From Octopus sinensis (lineage: Eukaryota), in assembly GCF_006345805.1 (NCBI RefSeq), contig NC_042997.1, positions 103,850,001 through 103,914,000 of the forward strand: a stretch of 64,000 nt of DNA. The letters run 5' to 3'. Positions 1 through 12,930 of this stretch are shown here, one piece after another. Below the pieces are notes generated by a model. The model made no database searches, was not told where the DNA came from, and saw only the letters and a list, made by a program, of their open reading frames with translations. Made by a program: the position numbers and the translations under genes. Each line of letters begins with the position of its first letter. The first letter of the stretch is position 1.

Positions 1-73
1 TATATTTAAGAGATTAGGAATTAGGTACATTATTTACATTTGATGAATATTTGTCCTCATCTTGTTTCGTGTT

Positions 74-119
74 AACACAACATTTCGTCTGATATACCCT
101 CCAGTCTTCATCAGGTGTC
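74..119 (-). ncRNA. Minimal type-I hammerhead motif, family A (decayed copy)
   Basis: Minus strand reads gacac-CTGATGA-A-GACTG gagggtatat CAGAC-GAAA-TG-TT-gtgtt. Stem I has 5 bp, stem II 4/5 bp, and stem III ACGT has mutated to ATGT. Confidence 0.7.
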
Positions 120-183
120 TTGGGGGAAATTTCGAACCTGAGTTCTTATTCCTAAGGTATTTTTCGATATTATTATTATTATA

Positions 184-230
<47 letters not shown>

Positions 231-323
231 TATTATTATTATTTTATTATTATTATTATTATTATTATTATATTATTATTATTATTATTATTATTATCCA
301 ATAGAATAAGTCTTAGGCAGTGA

Positions 324-394
<71 letters not shown>

Positions 395-441
395 TCGAAA
401 AATACCTTAGAAATGAGAACTCAGGTTTGAAATTTCCCTGA

Positions 442-487
442 GACACCTGATGAAAGGTGGAGGGTATATCAGCTGAAACGTTGTGTT
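442..487 (+). ncRNA. Minimal type-I hammerhead motif, family A
   Basis: gacac-CTGATGA-A-AGGTG gagggtatat CAGCT-GAAA-CG-TT-gtgtt: canonical core, palindromic ACGT stem III, and stem I gacac/gtgtt. Confidence 0.8.
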
Positions 488-719
488 AACAACAAACAAG
501 ATTAGGGAAAATATCCATCAAATGTAAATAATATAAATAATGTATATTTTAATATTTATATTATTATATGATTGAACGCCATGCATCCATTTCCAAGTAA
601 TTTTATCTTTTATATATATATCATTATTCTTGTTGCTTATTTTGATTATAATCACCCCATGGATTTATATGTATAACACCATACAGAATTCTGGTGCATC
701 CAACTTAAGTACCATCTCC

Positions 720-929
720 TTTTTTTCTGTCCTTTTTTTCTCTCCTTATTTTTTCCTTTCCTTTTTTCTCTCCTTGTTTTTTTTTTTCTGTGTACCTTTC
801 TGTCGAAGAGCGTAGGCTCGAAACGTAAAACACTTTCTCTATTCCTGAGCGGTATACTAATACATTTGTTTGTTTGTACTCCACCTGCCTTCGTCTTTTG
901 TTTATTTTCGTAAACTTTCCCTTTACACT
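720..929 (+). mobile_element. Solo Neptune-like PLE terminal repeat (family B) ending in (TA)n
   Basis: Same sequence as the repeat terminating the GIY-YIG element at 57940-58092: pyrimidine tract, ribozyme motif, then ccacctgccttcgtcttttg. Confidence 0.85.
797..830 (+). ncRNA. Hammerhead variant, family B (CUGUCGA core)
   Basis: ttt-CTGTCGA-A-GAGC gtag GCTC-GAAA-CG-TA-aaa. Confidence 0.7.
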
Positions 930-966
930 TATATATAAATATGTATGTATATATATATATATATAT

Positions 967-1031
<65 letters not shown>

Positions 1032-1085
1032 GTATATATATATATATGTATGTATATATATATGTATATATGTATATATATATAT

Positions 1086-1119
<34 letters not shown>

Positions 1120-1144
1120 TATATATGTATATATATATATATAT

Positions 1145-1202
<58 letters not shown>

Positions 1203-1206
1203 ATAT

Positions 1207-1236
<30 letters not shown>
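930..1236. repeat. (TA)n/(TACA)n microsatellite
   Basis: Direct reading; source of the poly-IY ORFs. Confidence 0.97.
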
Positions 1237-1237
<1 letters not shown>

Positions 1238-1388
1238 TGTATAGAGGGCATTATTACACATAAATGCCTCACACTAAGAGAGACAAAGTCATTACTACCA
1301 AAATTACACTAGTATAATTTTGGTAGTAATGACTTGTCCCTCTTAGTGTGAGGCATTTATGTGTAATAATGCCCTCTATACAATATAG
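1232..1388. repeat. Near-perfect ~155-bp palindrome centred at 1310/1311
   Basis: attgtatagagggc...ccaaaatta cactagta taattttgg...gccctctatacaat; arms differ by one substitution and one indel, plus one mismatch beside the central ACTAGT. Confidence 0.95.
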
Positions 1389-1517
1389 ATATAATTAATT
1401 TGTTCAAAAGAAAAAAATTATTTTCGAATTCTTTTCTTTTATGAGGTTTTCACGCTAACTACCCGATAATTTCTTGTTAAGATCCCTTATTAAGAGGTTA
1501 TCCTTAATTGTTAAACT

Positions 1518-1558
<41 letters not shown>

Positions 1559-2142
1559 TGAAGAAGAAAAGGGAGAGTGAGTGAAAGAAAGACTGAATAC
1601 ATTGGAGTTTGTACGTAACCTATATTAGTTTTGTCTTCGTATTTTTGTTGAATATGCTGTTCTCTTTCGATTATCAATAACACATGAAAGAAAGATAATT
1701 CATATTTTATTTAGAACACATAACTTCATTTTAGGTCTCTAGCTGATTACCAAAACGTGATCTATCATGTTCTTACTTGGATAGCGTAAGTTTTTGAGGT
1801 TATCGGAGACTTATATATTGGCTCACTAATTATTAAATGACTTTATTATGTATATGTTCTTATGTATTCATCATCGATATTGGTTTGAATATGTTTAGAC
1901 ATAATAGCAGCATTTATATCTGTTACCCAACATACATACATATACTAACATACACTTCTGTACCCCTATGCAGAGACAAGTATTTACACATCTATCATTT
2001 ACAAATGTAAATAATTATTTTTTCATTTTTATATATCTATGCATAAATGTAACATACAGTTTGTCTTTCAATACACGGGAGCTCATATACGATTAAACAT
2101 CGTTGCAATGTGCGTTTTCTATCGGAACGGAAGAAGTAGAGC

Positions 2143-2173
<31 letters not shown>

Positions 2174-2540
2174 GACAGACAGACAGAGACAGAGACAGAC
2201 AGAGAGTTACAGTGATTTACACGTATGACAGAATCGTCGCTGATAATTAGCAAGCTCATGTTTCGATTCTAGACGGTGATTCTGTTAATTTTTATTCCGT
2301 TAAAGCTGTACTTTATCCGATATATATTACGAGCTGGCAGAATCGTTACAGACTCAGCTTCGTCAAACAACCGTGATACACAGTACATATAAAAAAAATC
2401 TTAGTGTGCTTCCTTGCAGTATCTGATACGAATTACCGGCTATTTTAAACTTATTAAAACTTATATTTAAGGTTGTGATTATATAAAATACAATAAATAG
2501 TTGCAAAAATACGTGCATATATCATTTATATTGGCTGTGA

Positions 2541-2905
2541 AAAGGCATAAGCCTGGCTGTGTTGGTTAAGAAGTTTGCTTTGCCACCACATTGATTCGGT
2601 TTCAGTCCAACTGAATCGTACCTTGGACAAGTGTCTTCTATCAGTATCGAACCGATTGACACCTTGTAATTAAATTTGGTAGAATGAAACTACATGGAAG
2701 CCAGCCGTATATGTGTGCGTCTTGGTGCTTGTGTTTCTCTCTCCCACTTGTCAACCAGTGCTGGCTTCTTTACGGTCTCGTTGCATAGCGGTTCGGCAAA
2801 AGATATTGATACAATAAATGCCAAACTTAAATAAATGATAGCACTTGCGTCGATTTGTTCAATTAAAACCCTTCAATGCAGTTATTCTGCATGACTGCAG
2901 TCCAA
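2541..2905 (+). mobile_element. Old diverged copy of tRNA-headed SINE family A
   Basis: Collinear degenerate match to the young copy at 53791-54205 (ccttggacaagtgtcttcta, gcggttcggcaaaaga, gtcgatttgttc). Confidence 0.75.
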
Positions 2906-2984
2906 TAGCTGGCGTTATATATACAAACATACATGCAGCGTAAATAGAACTATCCTCACATATTGTTCCAAAAGAGAACTATGC

Positions 2985-3016
<32 letters not shown>

Positions 3017-3632
3017 GCCCACAAGTATGACGAAATCATTAAGAACCTTTGGTTTGCAATCACGTATATTGTCCCGGTTTCAAGAATACACAACGTGAAT
3101 ATGGGCGAGTGTTTTTTTTATTTTTTATTATAGTTTATGAATCAAAAGAGTTTAAATAAGAGCGACGGGCCTTGGGCCTTGTCGCAGTGTGTCACACTGA
3201 TTGCAATTGAGTACAAATAAAGAGTTTACACGTACAAGTTTGTGGAATGTTCAACCAATACCATGATGGTTCAATGAGTTAAGATGTTTAATTCGACAAA
3301 CAACTAAATGGTCATCCGTCGGCCTGATTTGGCGAGTTCATTATCATCACCATAACCATCATCATCATCATATGATTGTTTGCGTGGGTATATGTAGACT
3401 GGATGAGCCATAAACACTACAATAGGAATGTGTCGTATTAAATGCGTATTAATAATTGCATACCTGACTAAGTTTTCCGGAGTATAATCCATTTTTACAC
3501 CTGGTTTGATTGTCAAAGAGGGAAAAAGTGTACTCAAGGAACCCAAGCAACAATCAGAACAACATTCTCTAATATCCTTGAGCATATAGTTGCAAAAATC
3601 CGAGTACATATCAGTTATATTCTTTTCTACTC

Positions 3633-4021
3633 TAGGCACAATGCTCGAAATTATTGAGGAGGGGGCGAAGCGATTAAATCGACCCCAGTACGCAAATGGT
3701 ACTTAATTTATCGACCCCGAAAGAATGAAAGGCAAAGCCGACTTCGGTGGAATTTGAACTCAGAACGTGAAGACATACGAAATATCTATTTCTTTACTAC
3801 CCACAAGGGGCTAAACACAGAGGGAACAAACAAGGGCAGACAAACAGGTTAAGTCGATTACATCGATACCAGTGCGTAACTAGTACTTAATTTATCGACC
3901 CCGAAACGATGAAAAGCAAAGTCGATCTCGGCGGAATTTGAACTCAGAACGTAACGGCAGACGAAATACGGCTACGCATTTCGCCCGGCGTGCTAAGCAT
4001 TTCGCCTGGCAGCTCTCAGCC
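3633..4021 (-). mobile_element. SINE family B, tandem dimer (monomers ~3788-4021 and ~3633-3787)
   Basis: Two successive copies of the ctgagttcaaattcc.ccga.gtcg.ctttgcctttcat.ctttcggggtcgataaattaagtac core on the minus strand. Confidence 0.9.
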
Positions 4022-4274
4022 TTACATATCATTCACATTGGCTGTGAAAAGGTACAGACCTGGATGTTTGGTAAATAGCTTGCTTATCAACCACATCGTT
4101 CTGGGTTCAGTCTATGCTTAGAATGACCAAATATAATCACCATTGGAACTCACACAGCAGGTACAAGAAAATTTCTTCACCAAAAACGTTTTTCACCACT
4201 TATATGCACCATTCTACTTGAATAATGGAACGGCAAATACAATATCCTTATGTATCTCACTATTTTCTAGTACC

Positions 4275-4322
4275 GTCTCTGATCAAGGTATATATAAAAT
4301 ATCCCGGAAACAGCTGTAAGAC
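4275..4322 (+). ncRNA. Hammerhead motif, family C (stem III ACAGCTGT), core decayed (CTGATCA)
   Basis: gtct-CTGATCA-A-GGTATAT ataaa ATATCC-CG-GAAA-CAGCTG-TA-agac; perfect 4-bp stem I and 8-nt palindrome. Confidence 0.65.
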
Positions 4323-4493
4323 ATTTTCTTCATAAATGCTTTGAAATCTATTTACTGCATTGGCTTTTTTTTAAATCTCATTCTGTCAAGTTATATATAT
4401 GCATGCTTATAAATGACCCACGTTGGACTCTTCACTCTATCCATAGCACTTACCTTTTGGGTCTTTCTGACACCAATACCTTTCGTACACTAT

Positions 4494-4557
<64 letters not shown>

Positions 4558-4565
4558 ACATATAA

Positions 4566-4678
<113 letters not shown>

Positions 4679-7608
4679 CATGCATTCGAGCTCTCGCACA
4701 CACTCGAATAAAAAAGTTATCTGATATTCCTTTTCCTAGGTGACTTGGTTTGTGAGCCTGAGATCGAAATAAGTGGTTATAGACATAGAAGTTGCTGTCG
4801 CGTTGATTGTAAAACCTTGAAAATTCTGTTAGGTACAGTGTGTCGACAGAACTTCCGAATCAAATCTCATTGTCATGTTATCTTCACCAGAGAAAGGGAC
4901 GACCAAACGTAACAGACACTTGTAAATCGCTGTAACCTAACTGTGTATAACAGCCTTCACATTATATACATTAATTCACTCTTAACTTCCATCTTGTTGA
5001 TTAAAACAAGATGTTTGACTAAAGAGTCGTAGATGGGAACTGAATGAAAAATTTATTTTGTCAGCGTTTTAAGGAAGGGGTGCATTCGACAACCAGACTG
5101 TCCCATCCCTCTCTATCGTTCGCTCCCGCTCGTTCGCACCGCTGTTATTTTCTATATTCCGTGACGATAGGAGGTGATGGAGCATCTAATTGGTGCGGGG
5201 GATTAGACAATGAATGCGTGGCCTATTGTATATAATGTTGCGTATAAGTATTCGTACATTGTTGAGAAATATCGTTCTCATTCTTTGTACTTCCGCTATG
5301 AGTGTGTGGCCTCGTAACCGACAGTTGTAAAGCCTGGGAATGAGACCGAGGGATACTTGTGCCTTATTCAAATATTTCAGTGGCATCACAAACATTACCT
5401 AAAGATGAGAATTGAAACTGTCTTGTATAAACTATAAATACAACATCGCCGATCTACATCGGTTTTCATTATCTCCCTTCAACACGGGCTCACGACAGAT
5501 TAGTTCAACGTAATTACCCGCGTGTTTCAGAAAGGTATGCGTAGTTTTACGATAGGCCGATGATAGCTGATGAAATACAGGAACGATGGCTGGTTGCACA
5601 AGGGAGAATTCACCGGGGTTTGGTGGTCTACCCATCATGCTTTATCTTTTCATGCAAGACTAGTTCGGGGGACCCTTGGCAGGTATCTTCGGCGACTTAA
5701 TGAAAGTATATATTATGCATAGAAATTATTTATATAAAAGAGATGAAAATAAATGTTGAAGGAATAAAGAAAACAATTTTGTTTTGCTTTAATTTTAATT
5801 ATTGATAGTCATTCAAAATGTTATATTTATTGATTGAGATCTAAAAACAATAAATTAGGAACACCGACTCTTGGCACATCATTAATCATATTTTTGCTGG
5901 ATGTTAAAATAATGGCCTACTCAAAAGCCCGGCAAAGATTTTTCTTTTCAAAATATTTTTCAAAAGCAAGTACTTAGTTTAAATATTTTATTTCTAAGAA
6001 ATTCGAACAAAAACGAGTCACTCTAAACACCCAGCGCGCATAGCACCCCTTTACATTTGCTATCCCCTTCTAAGCCCACAGTACCCATCTGCGTCAGAGA
6101 GACACTACCACTCGGGTTGAGAGTTACTATTCCAGCCACCCGTAAATCCTCAGGAAGATCATAAGCTTCTTATAGAGCTTACGAGCACATGTTTAACAGC
6201 TAGAAATGTTGCTGTGCGTCGCTAGTATGGATGCCTTCCAAATCCGTTTTTGTAGCGGTCAACGGTAACTTTCCCACCGCAGCCATATTAAGCCCCTGTA
6301 CATAAGGCTCTTTCTTCCAGCTAATAGATAGCGTTGTTCTAGCTGCAGAATAATCCCTATGTGTTACTTTACGTAGGTGTGCGTTTACCTGACTATTTTT
6401 CCTTTTCACGATAGCCACGTATCTGCTTACAAGTGTTTGTCTCTTCAAAATAAATTATTCTACCGAAGCAGACATTTTCTTTTCGTTTATCCCACAAACT
6501 TAATAAAACACTGAACTATCGAGAACATTCTTGTTCACTTACGTATGCAAAGTTATCTTAGTTGTTGAAAGTAAAAATTCATTTCACACAGTTCTATTTT
6601 AAATGTTATATCCTTGTCCTAATTCTAATCTATTTTAATTTGCATTCTCATGCAAAGTAACGAATTGTTATTTTCAGCTATTTTACCATCAAGATCGGAA
6701 GGGTTCTCTTTCTTTTCTCTACTCTTTAAAAGTGAAAGAAAATGATATTTTTAATCAATTATTTGTGTTAACAACGGACTCAGCTTTTAATTCTCTATAG
6801 ATTAATAACAATAGCGATTCCAATTGTAGGCAAGAGCATACACTGTGGAAGGACGAAATTCGGTTTCTCGATTCTGATACTTGATTAGTGTTTAATATAT
6901 TTTATTATTTTCTCAAAAACAGAATGACAAAATGCAAGATAGATATATTCAAACACAGAACGTAATGAAACCTAAGCATATAACTTTGCAGTATATTGTA
7001 TTAAACAGGCTATAATTGACATAGTTAATCCATAGCTGTATAGTTTACTGCTTCAAACAGTCTATGCTAATGCACTCTCGAGATAATAACAATAATAACC
7101 AATTCTAACTTGGTCAAAAAGCGATAATTTTGAGAAGTCTATAATCGACATAGTTAATTCAGTACTTGATAGGTATTTATCTCATGGATTCCCCACTCCC
7201 ATCCCGAATAAGGAAAGGCATGAACAACCTCAGAGAATATTGAACTCAGAAAGTAAAAGGATGAAACCAAGTATTGTAAGGCATTTTATCGTGCAATCTA
7301 GAGTTTTGCCATTTCACCGCTTTAAAAAACAACATTAATAATAAAGAAGTGGATTCTGTCATAAAATGAAATTAACGTAATGTAGATACGAAACTATTAT
7401 GTTCATATACCACCTCTTCAAAGAAGAGATTCTATATATTGCTATCGCAAAGTGTGAAAATTTGAAAATATAAATGGCGCCTACACACATGCACTTATAT
7501 ATATATACATATACATATATATATGTATATATATATATATATATAATATATATATATATACACACATATATATTATATAATATATATATATATATATATA
7601 TACATACA

Positions 7609-7662
<54 letters not shown>

Positions 7663-8213
7663 TATATACAAATATATATATATTTATATGTTTGTGTGTA
7701 CATATACATGTTTGTATGTATATATGTATGTATATATATATATAGTGAGAAACTAAATCGCATCATAACTTCAGTAAGTGTCGAAGTTCAATTTCCGGTT
7801 TAACTATATAATCCAAAGCGTTTCAAAGGTCGTTTTCCCTTTCTTATTTCACGGAGGGAAAATAGTTTTTATTCGTACTTAAGATAAATCCTAATGAATA
7901 TCATAGAATGTCTCTCCACTGCATAATATTTTCATTTTTTGAGATTTTCATGGAGAGTGAGGGTAGGTGGGGTGTGTGTTTTCTTTATTTATTGATTGAC
8001 GGTGTTCCTCCCGTTTGTCGTTATGGCATTATATTATGAGTTTTGCGATTGTGGTAGTGGTGGTGATCGACATGTTGGTAGTGGTGGAGGTGGTGGTTGT
8101 GGAAGCGATGGTACAGACAATGAGCGGATGATAATTGAATCAAGGATATATTTTATAATACAACCTTTGCCGGAGTCATGTTAAATGGTTTCTTGACAGC
8201 GAATGGAAACAAA

Positions 8214-8252
<39 letters not shown>

Positions 8253-8921
8253 ATGTATTAAAACCTGGTTGTTGGAATGGAGCTGGCAAGGTCAATATTG
8301 TTGTGGTTATTGCTTCGATATTATTTACCTATTTTTATGAGCTACGTAGACACAAGCAAGCATATACACACAACCGATCACACATATTTGCACACAATAC
8401 AATTCCAAACGAGAGCCTTTTTCTTCCCTACTACATATACAAACACACACACACACACACTCGCACACACATACACTCGTATATACATCAGGATACATGG
8501 AGATACGTATAACAGCCATATATGCGAATAATGTGTAAAGATCTGTATAGCTATTCTGGCTATATATATATTTGAAACAAAAACGTAGAGTCTTATGCCT
8601 ATACGTACATAACTAAATACGCATGTGTGGATTTTTCTGTAAATGCTCTGTCGGTATAAGAGAAAATATGTATTTTATCAGCCCTAATGCTCACTCAAAA
8701 TGCGCAAACTGCACATCGTTGTATTTTAATGTTGTATTTAAATTAAATTATTGCCTTACATATAATACAGAAATCGGGTCGAAGCACTCAGAAATAACAG
8801 CTGAAATTGATTTTGAAGAAAAAAATGTGAGAATAAATACTGAATAACAATAGCCACATAAAAGGCTGTACAATAAAATGCATGCATAGAAATATGTATG
8901 TGTATATAAGTATATAATATA

Positions 8922-8980
<59 letters not shown>

Positions 8981-9128
8981 GTACATGCGTATATATTCCT
9001 TTATTAAACATTAAACTGAATTAATACTTTTTAGTAGGGCACATGTTTATTGAACTTATATAAACGGGGTGTCAGTGATTTCAAAGCTTCGGTTTCTCTC
9101 TCTCTCTCTCTCTCTCTCCTCTCTCTCA

Positions 9129-9194
<66 letters not shown>

Positions 9195-9529
9195 GTATAT
9201 ACACTTAGGAGCCGAGTCACGTTCATAACACTATGGACGGAAATATCTGCATTTGATTAACTTTTTTTTACGTCGTACTGATTAAAAAATTCCTATACAC
9301 AGGTATTGAGATCCATTCCTCCTTATTCTGCTGCTCAGATCGCAGGCAGACAAAGACGTATACATGTGTCTGCATCTGTGAGTGTGTATGGTGAAAAGAT
9401 GGTATTCACTGACGAAGTAGCAACATATTTTATAAGATGCATTGTTGTCCAATCGTTCAAGAACAGTTTATTATTTATTTTCACATATAATATATGAATA
9501 GTAATTAATTATTCTTTACTTAACAGCTT

Positions 9530-10100
9530 TGATAGTAAGTGTTGAAAAAATTTCAATTAGAGTCACTTTACGCTATCAGTGGAAAAAGGAGCTGGATGTA
9601 AGGGCAGCGGCAAAAGAAATTAACGATATGGAAGGCCCTGCAAAAGTCAAGATTTTGTGTGGAAGAAAGCTGGTTCAAACATTTCAGGGAAGGTAACAGC
9701 AGCCTCCAAGACAAGCCAAGGTTAGGAAGACACTATGTTGTGGAAGATATCTTACCTTTCTTGTGCAAGATATCGGCAGAGCATTGTCTTTCACAAAGCA
9801 CAATTGATAGACCCTTTCATAAGATCGGTCTTGTGCATGAACCGACCGATAGCCAGGCGCAATGTCCTGTGAATATTTGCAAACAGCTGCTGGCAAACCT
9901 TCGAAATGTCCGTTTCTTGTATCGAATTGCACTGGGGATAATGCCGGGATCTCTTTTCGTAACATTCGGGTACAAACATTACAGTATGCAATGCAATGCT
10001 CGCCCACAGTTATTGACTGCGGCGTGTCATCATACAGCGAAACAGCTCTTGCTACTGGATGTACATTAGGGATTCCAGAGTATCCGTAGATTTTATATAA
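9530..10100 (+). pseudogene. Highly decayed mariner transposase fragment
   Basis: Frames give IRVTLRYQWKK..VRAAAKEIND and EESWFKHFREGNSSLQDKPRLGR, resembling the mariner bipartite HTH with a WF..F..G...L.D.PR.GR linker. Confidence 0.7.
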
Positions 10101-10254
10101 ATAGATAAATGATACAAAATGGAATGAACGACATTATTTATTTAAAATCGCTACAGTTGCTTCGACATATTATTACAATGTAAAAATGTGTCGAAGCAAT
10201 TGTGGTGATCATTCAAATTTTTATTTATTAGTTAGAAATTATACATACACACAC

Positions 10255-10258
<4 letters not shown>

Positions 10259-10287
<29 letters not shown>

Positions 10288-10401
10288 TGTATGTATGTAT
10301 GTATGTATGTATGTATGTATGTATGTATGTATGTATGTATATCAATCTATATCTATATACACACATATGTATATACATATATATCTATCAATCTATCTAT
10401 A

Positions 10402-10439
<38 letters not shown>

Positions 10440-10506
10440 CACATACTTCGTTTTGACATAATGACTCTCCCTAGTCACAACATATATATATATATGTATA
10501 TATATA

Positions 10507-10576
<70 letters not shown>

Positions 10577-10600
10577 TGTCTGTGTGTGTATGCGTGTGTG
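10259..10600. repeat. (GTAT)n, (CT)n, (TA)n and (TG)n microsatellite cluster
   Basis: Direct reading. Confidence 0.95.
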
Positions 10601-10753
10601 TGTGAATGACTCGGATGCAGGAGATCTGGGCGAATGCCTTAGTCTGCAAAATTAATTAATAAATGAATTTATTAATCTAATTTACAAATCGCTATATTTA
10701 TCCCTTTCATTACTTCATTTACACAAAAAATAACATTACATAACAAACTTATG

Positions 10754-11207
10754 AATGTGAGAACAGATAAAACTGCGTCAGTTAAGGCTGATATTAAACA
10801 AAATAAGAAGACTATTGAAAAATTTTTTCTTCTTAGTAGAGTCTAAGAGATGAATGTAACCCAAGGTCAATCTATCAAAATGTTCGAACGGCAGAATGCA
10901 ACCACGGAACAAAACATACATAAGAATAACAACATGCATTAATTACACAAGACAACTGGCAGATTCAGTTCAATGTGAGAACAAATGTGAGAACAGATAA
11001 AACTGCGTCAGTTAAGGCTGATATTAAGCAAAAAAGATTATTGAAATCTTTTTTTTTTCTTCTTAGCAGAGTGTAGGGAAGAGAAATGAATGTCGCCCAA
11101 GGTCAATCTATCAAAACGCCTGAACGGCAGAATACAACCACGGAACGAAATAGACATAAAATTAACAACATGCACCTATTACGAGACAACTGGCAGATCG
11201 GTTCAAC
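10754..11207. repeat. Two-copy tandem duplication, period ~230 bp
   Basis: aatgtgagaacagataaaactgcgtcagttaaggctgatattaa starts at 10754 and 10984; collinear throughout at about 80-85%. Confidence 0.92.
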
Positions 11208-11465
11208 GTTTTAGATAAAAAGAAACCGTTTTCCTTGCAAGATTACACACACAACACACACACACACACACACTCATATCGGAAATCTGCAACGGCTCCA
11301 TAGTTACCGTCTCAGCTATTACCTTGGAGCCCTAGTAATCCGTTACAGCACTTACCTAGCTTTCATAATCCTTTAGATCACCTGTGAACTAAACCCCTAT
11401 ACTTTGTACATATATATGTATATATAAATATTTATACACAGTATGTATATGTATACAATATATTG

Positions 11466-11501
<36 letters not shown>

Positions 11502-12100
11502 TATGCATATGCTTATATATACATATATATGCATATGTATATATATATACATGCATATACATGTATATACGTACATATATATTTATGTATATTTATTTGT
11601 GTGTATTATATATATATATATATATATTTGTGTGTGTGGTGTGTGTGTGTGTGTGTGTGTGCACGTATATATATAAACATGATATATGATACATATATAT
11701 ATATATATATTTATATGTATGTATACATATACAGAGAGAGAGAGAGAGAAAAAAGGAGAGAGAAATATGGATAGCTGTCTACTTGTGTGTTCCTGTGTAT
11801 ATATGTATATATATCTAAGTTTACATATTCACACACATGAATGTATGTATGCACGTAGGTGTATATATATATGTACAGACACACACACGCACACACACGC
11901 ACACACACCACGCACACACACACACACACCCATACACCCCCCCCCCATATTATATATATATATATATAGCGAGAGAGTAAAATCTAGCTGCTAACGTAAA
12001 GCGACAGTTCTGGTTAGGACGATGTTACTACCTTTTTTTAACCCCAGGCAAACATCTTTTCCAGCTGGTTATTTTCCTTCATCGCCATTGGATGAATATA

Positions 12101-12131
<31 letters not shown>

Positions 12132-12222
12132 TTATGTGTATGTATGCATGTATTTTAGCAGACACACACACGTGCAAACACACACACACACTTGTGTGCA
12201 TATAGATATGAAATGAATAACA

Positions 12223-12720
12223 TAATACATTTAATAAATGGAATATTGAAATGTATATAGCGTGGGTAGACTATGCATTATTCTTTCCGCTTTTCATTCA
12301 TAAAAAAAACACACGTTCTGATTCCTCTTGGAAGGAATAGATTTTGTCCTTCACCGTTATGAACGGTTATATACTTACATACATACAAACATGCGTTCGT
12401 GCAAACACATGTATAGGTACACCCAGTCACCCCCCCCCCCACACATACACACGTGTGCGTATATATATATATATGACATGGATGACGTAATACATTTGAA
12501 TGGATTATTGGAATGTATATAGCGTGGGTAGACTATACATTAATCTTTTTGCTTTCCCATTCATAAAATATCACACGTTCTGATTCCTCCTGGAACTAAT
12601 AGTTTTTGTCCTTCACCGTTATTAACGGTTACATACTTACATAGAAGCATGTGTGCATGTAGACAAATGTATAGGTATACACACGCACACACACAGACAC
12701 CCCCCACAAACATGCACACA
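12223..12720. repeat. Two-copy tandem duplication, period ~265 bp
   Basis: taatacattt...atgtatatagcgtgggtagactat...cacacgttctgattcctc...ttgtccttcaccgttat at 12223 and 12488. Confidence 0.9.
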
Positions 12721-12723
12721 CAC

Positions 12724-12724
<1 letters not shown>

Positions 12725-12782
<58 letters not shown>

Positions 12783-12786
12783 CATA

Positions 12787-12845
<59 letters not shown>

Positions 12846-12848
12846 ATA
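12725..12848. repeat. (TATC)n microsatellite
   Basis: Direct reading. Confidence 0.97.
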
Positions 12849-12930
12849 TCCACATAATCATGTGTGTGTGCATGCATATGTGTGTGAGTGTGTGTGCGTG
12901 TGTGTGTGTGTGTGTGTGTGGAGTATGTGT

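Larger units (their letters stand above)
29..532. mobile_element. Foldback of a PLE-type terminal repeat (pLTR): inverted arms 29-170 and 391-532 separated by (ATT)n / 30-nt spacer / (AAT)n
   Basis: The reverse complement of 391-532 aligns with 29-170 at roughly 85% by eye. Each arm carries a hammerhead-like motif. Confidence 0.8.

Noticed and set aside
652-1312. Long poly-IY/YI, HT, VC, LS, poly-I/L/N ORFs here and throughout (e.g. 45282-45980, 48275-49000, 49606-50338)
   Set aside because: They are translations of di-, tri- and tetranucleotide microsatellites that lack stop codons; no protein signal.
6820-7330. Two very old SINE-B-like relics on the minus strand
   Set aside because: Only patchy similarity (gaactcagaaagtaaaagg, taatcgacatagttaat); boundaries cannot be supported.
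11290-11410. H/ACA snoRNA (ggctcca/tggagcc hairpin, ACAGCA box, terminal ACA)
   Set aside because: No credible second hairpin, and both boxes are short enough to arise by chance.
10754-12720. CRISPR-like or satellite arrays
   Set aside because: Only two-copy 230/265-bp duplications; no short constant repeat with unique spacers, and the context is eukaryotic.
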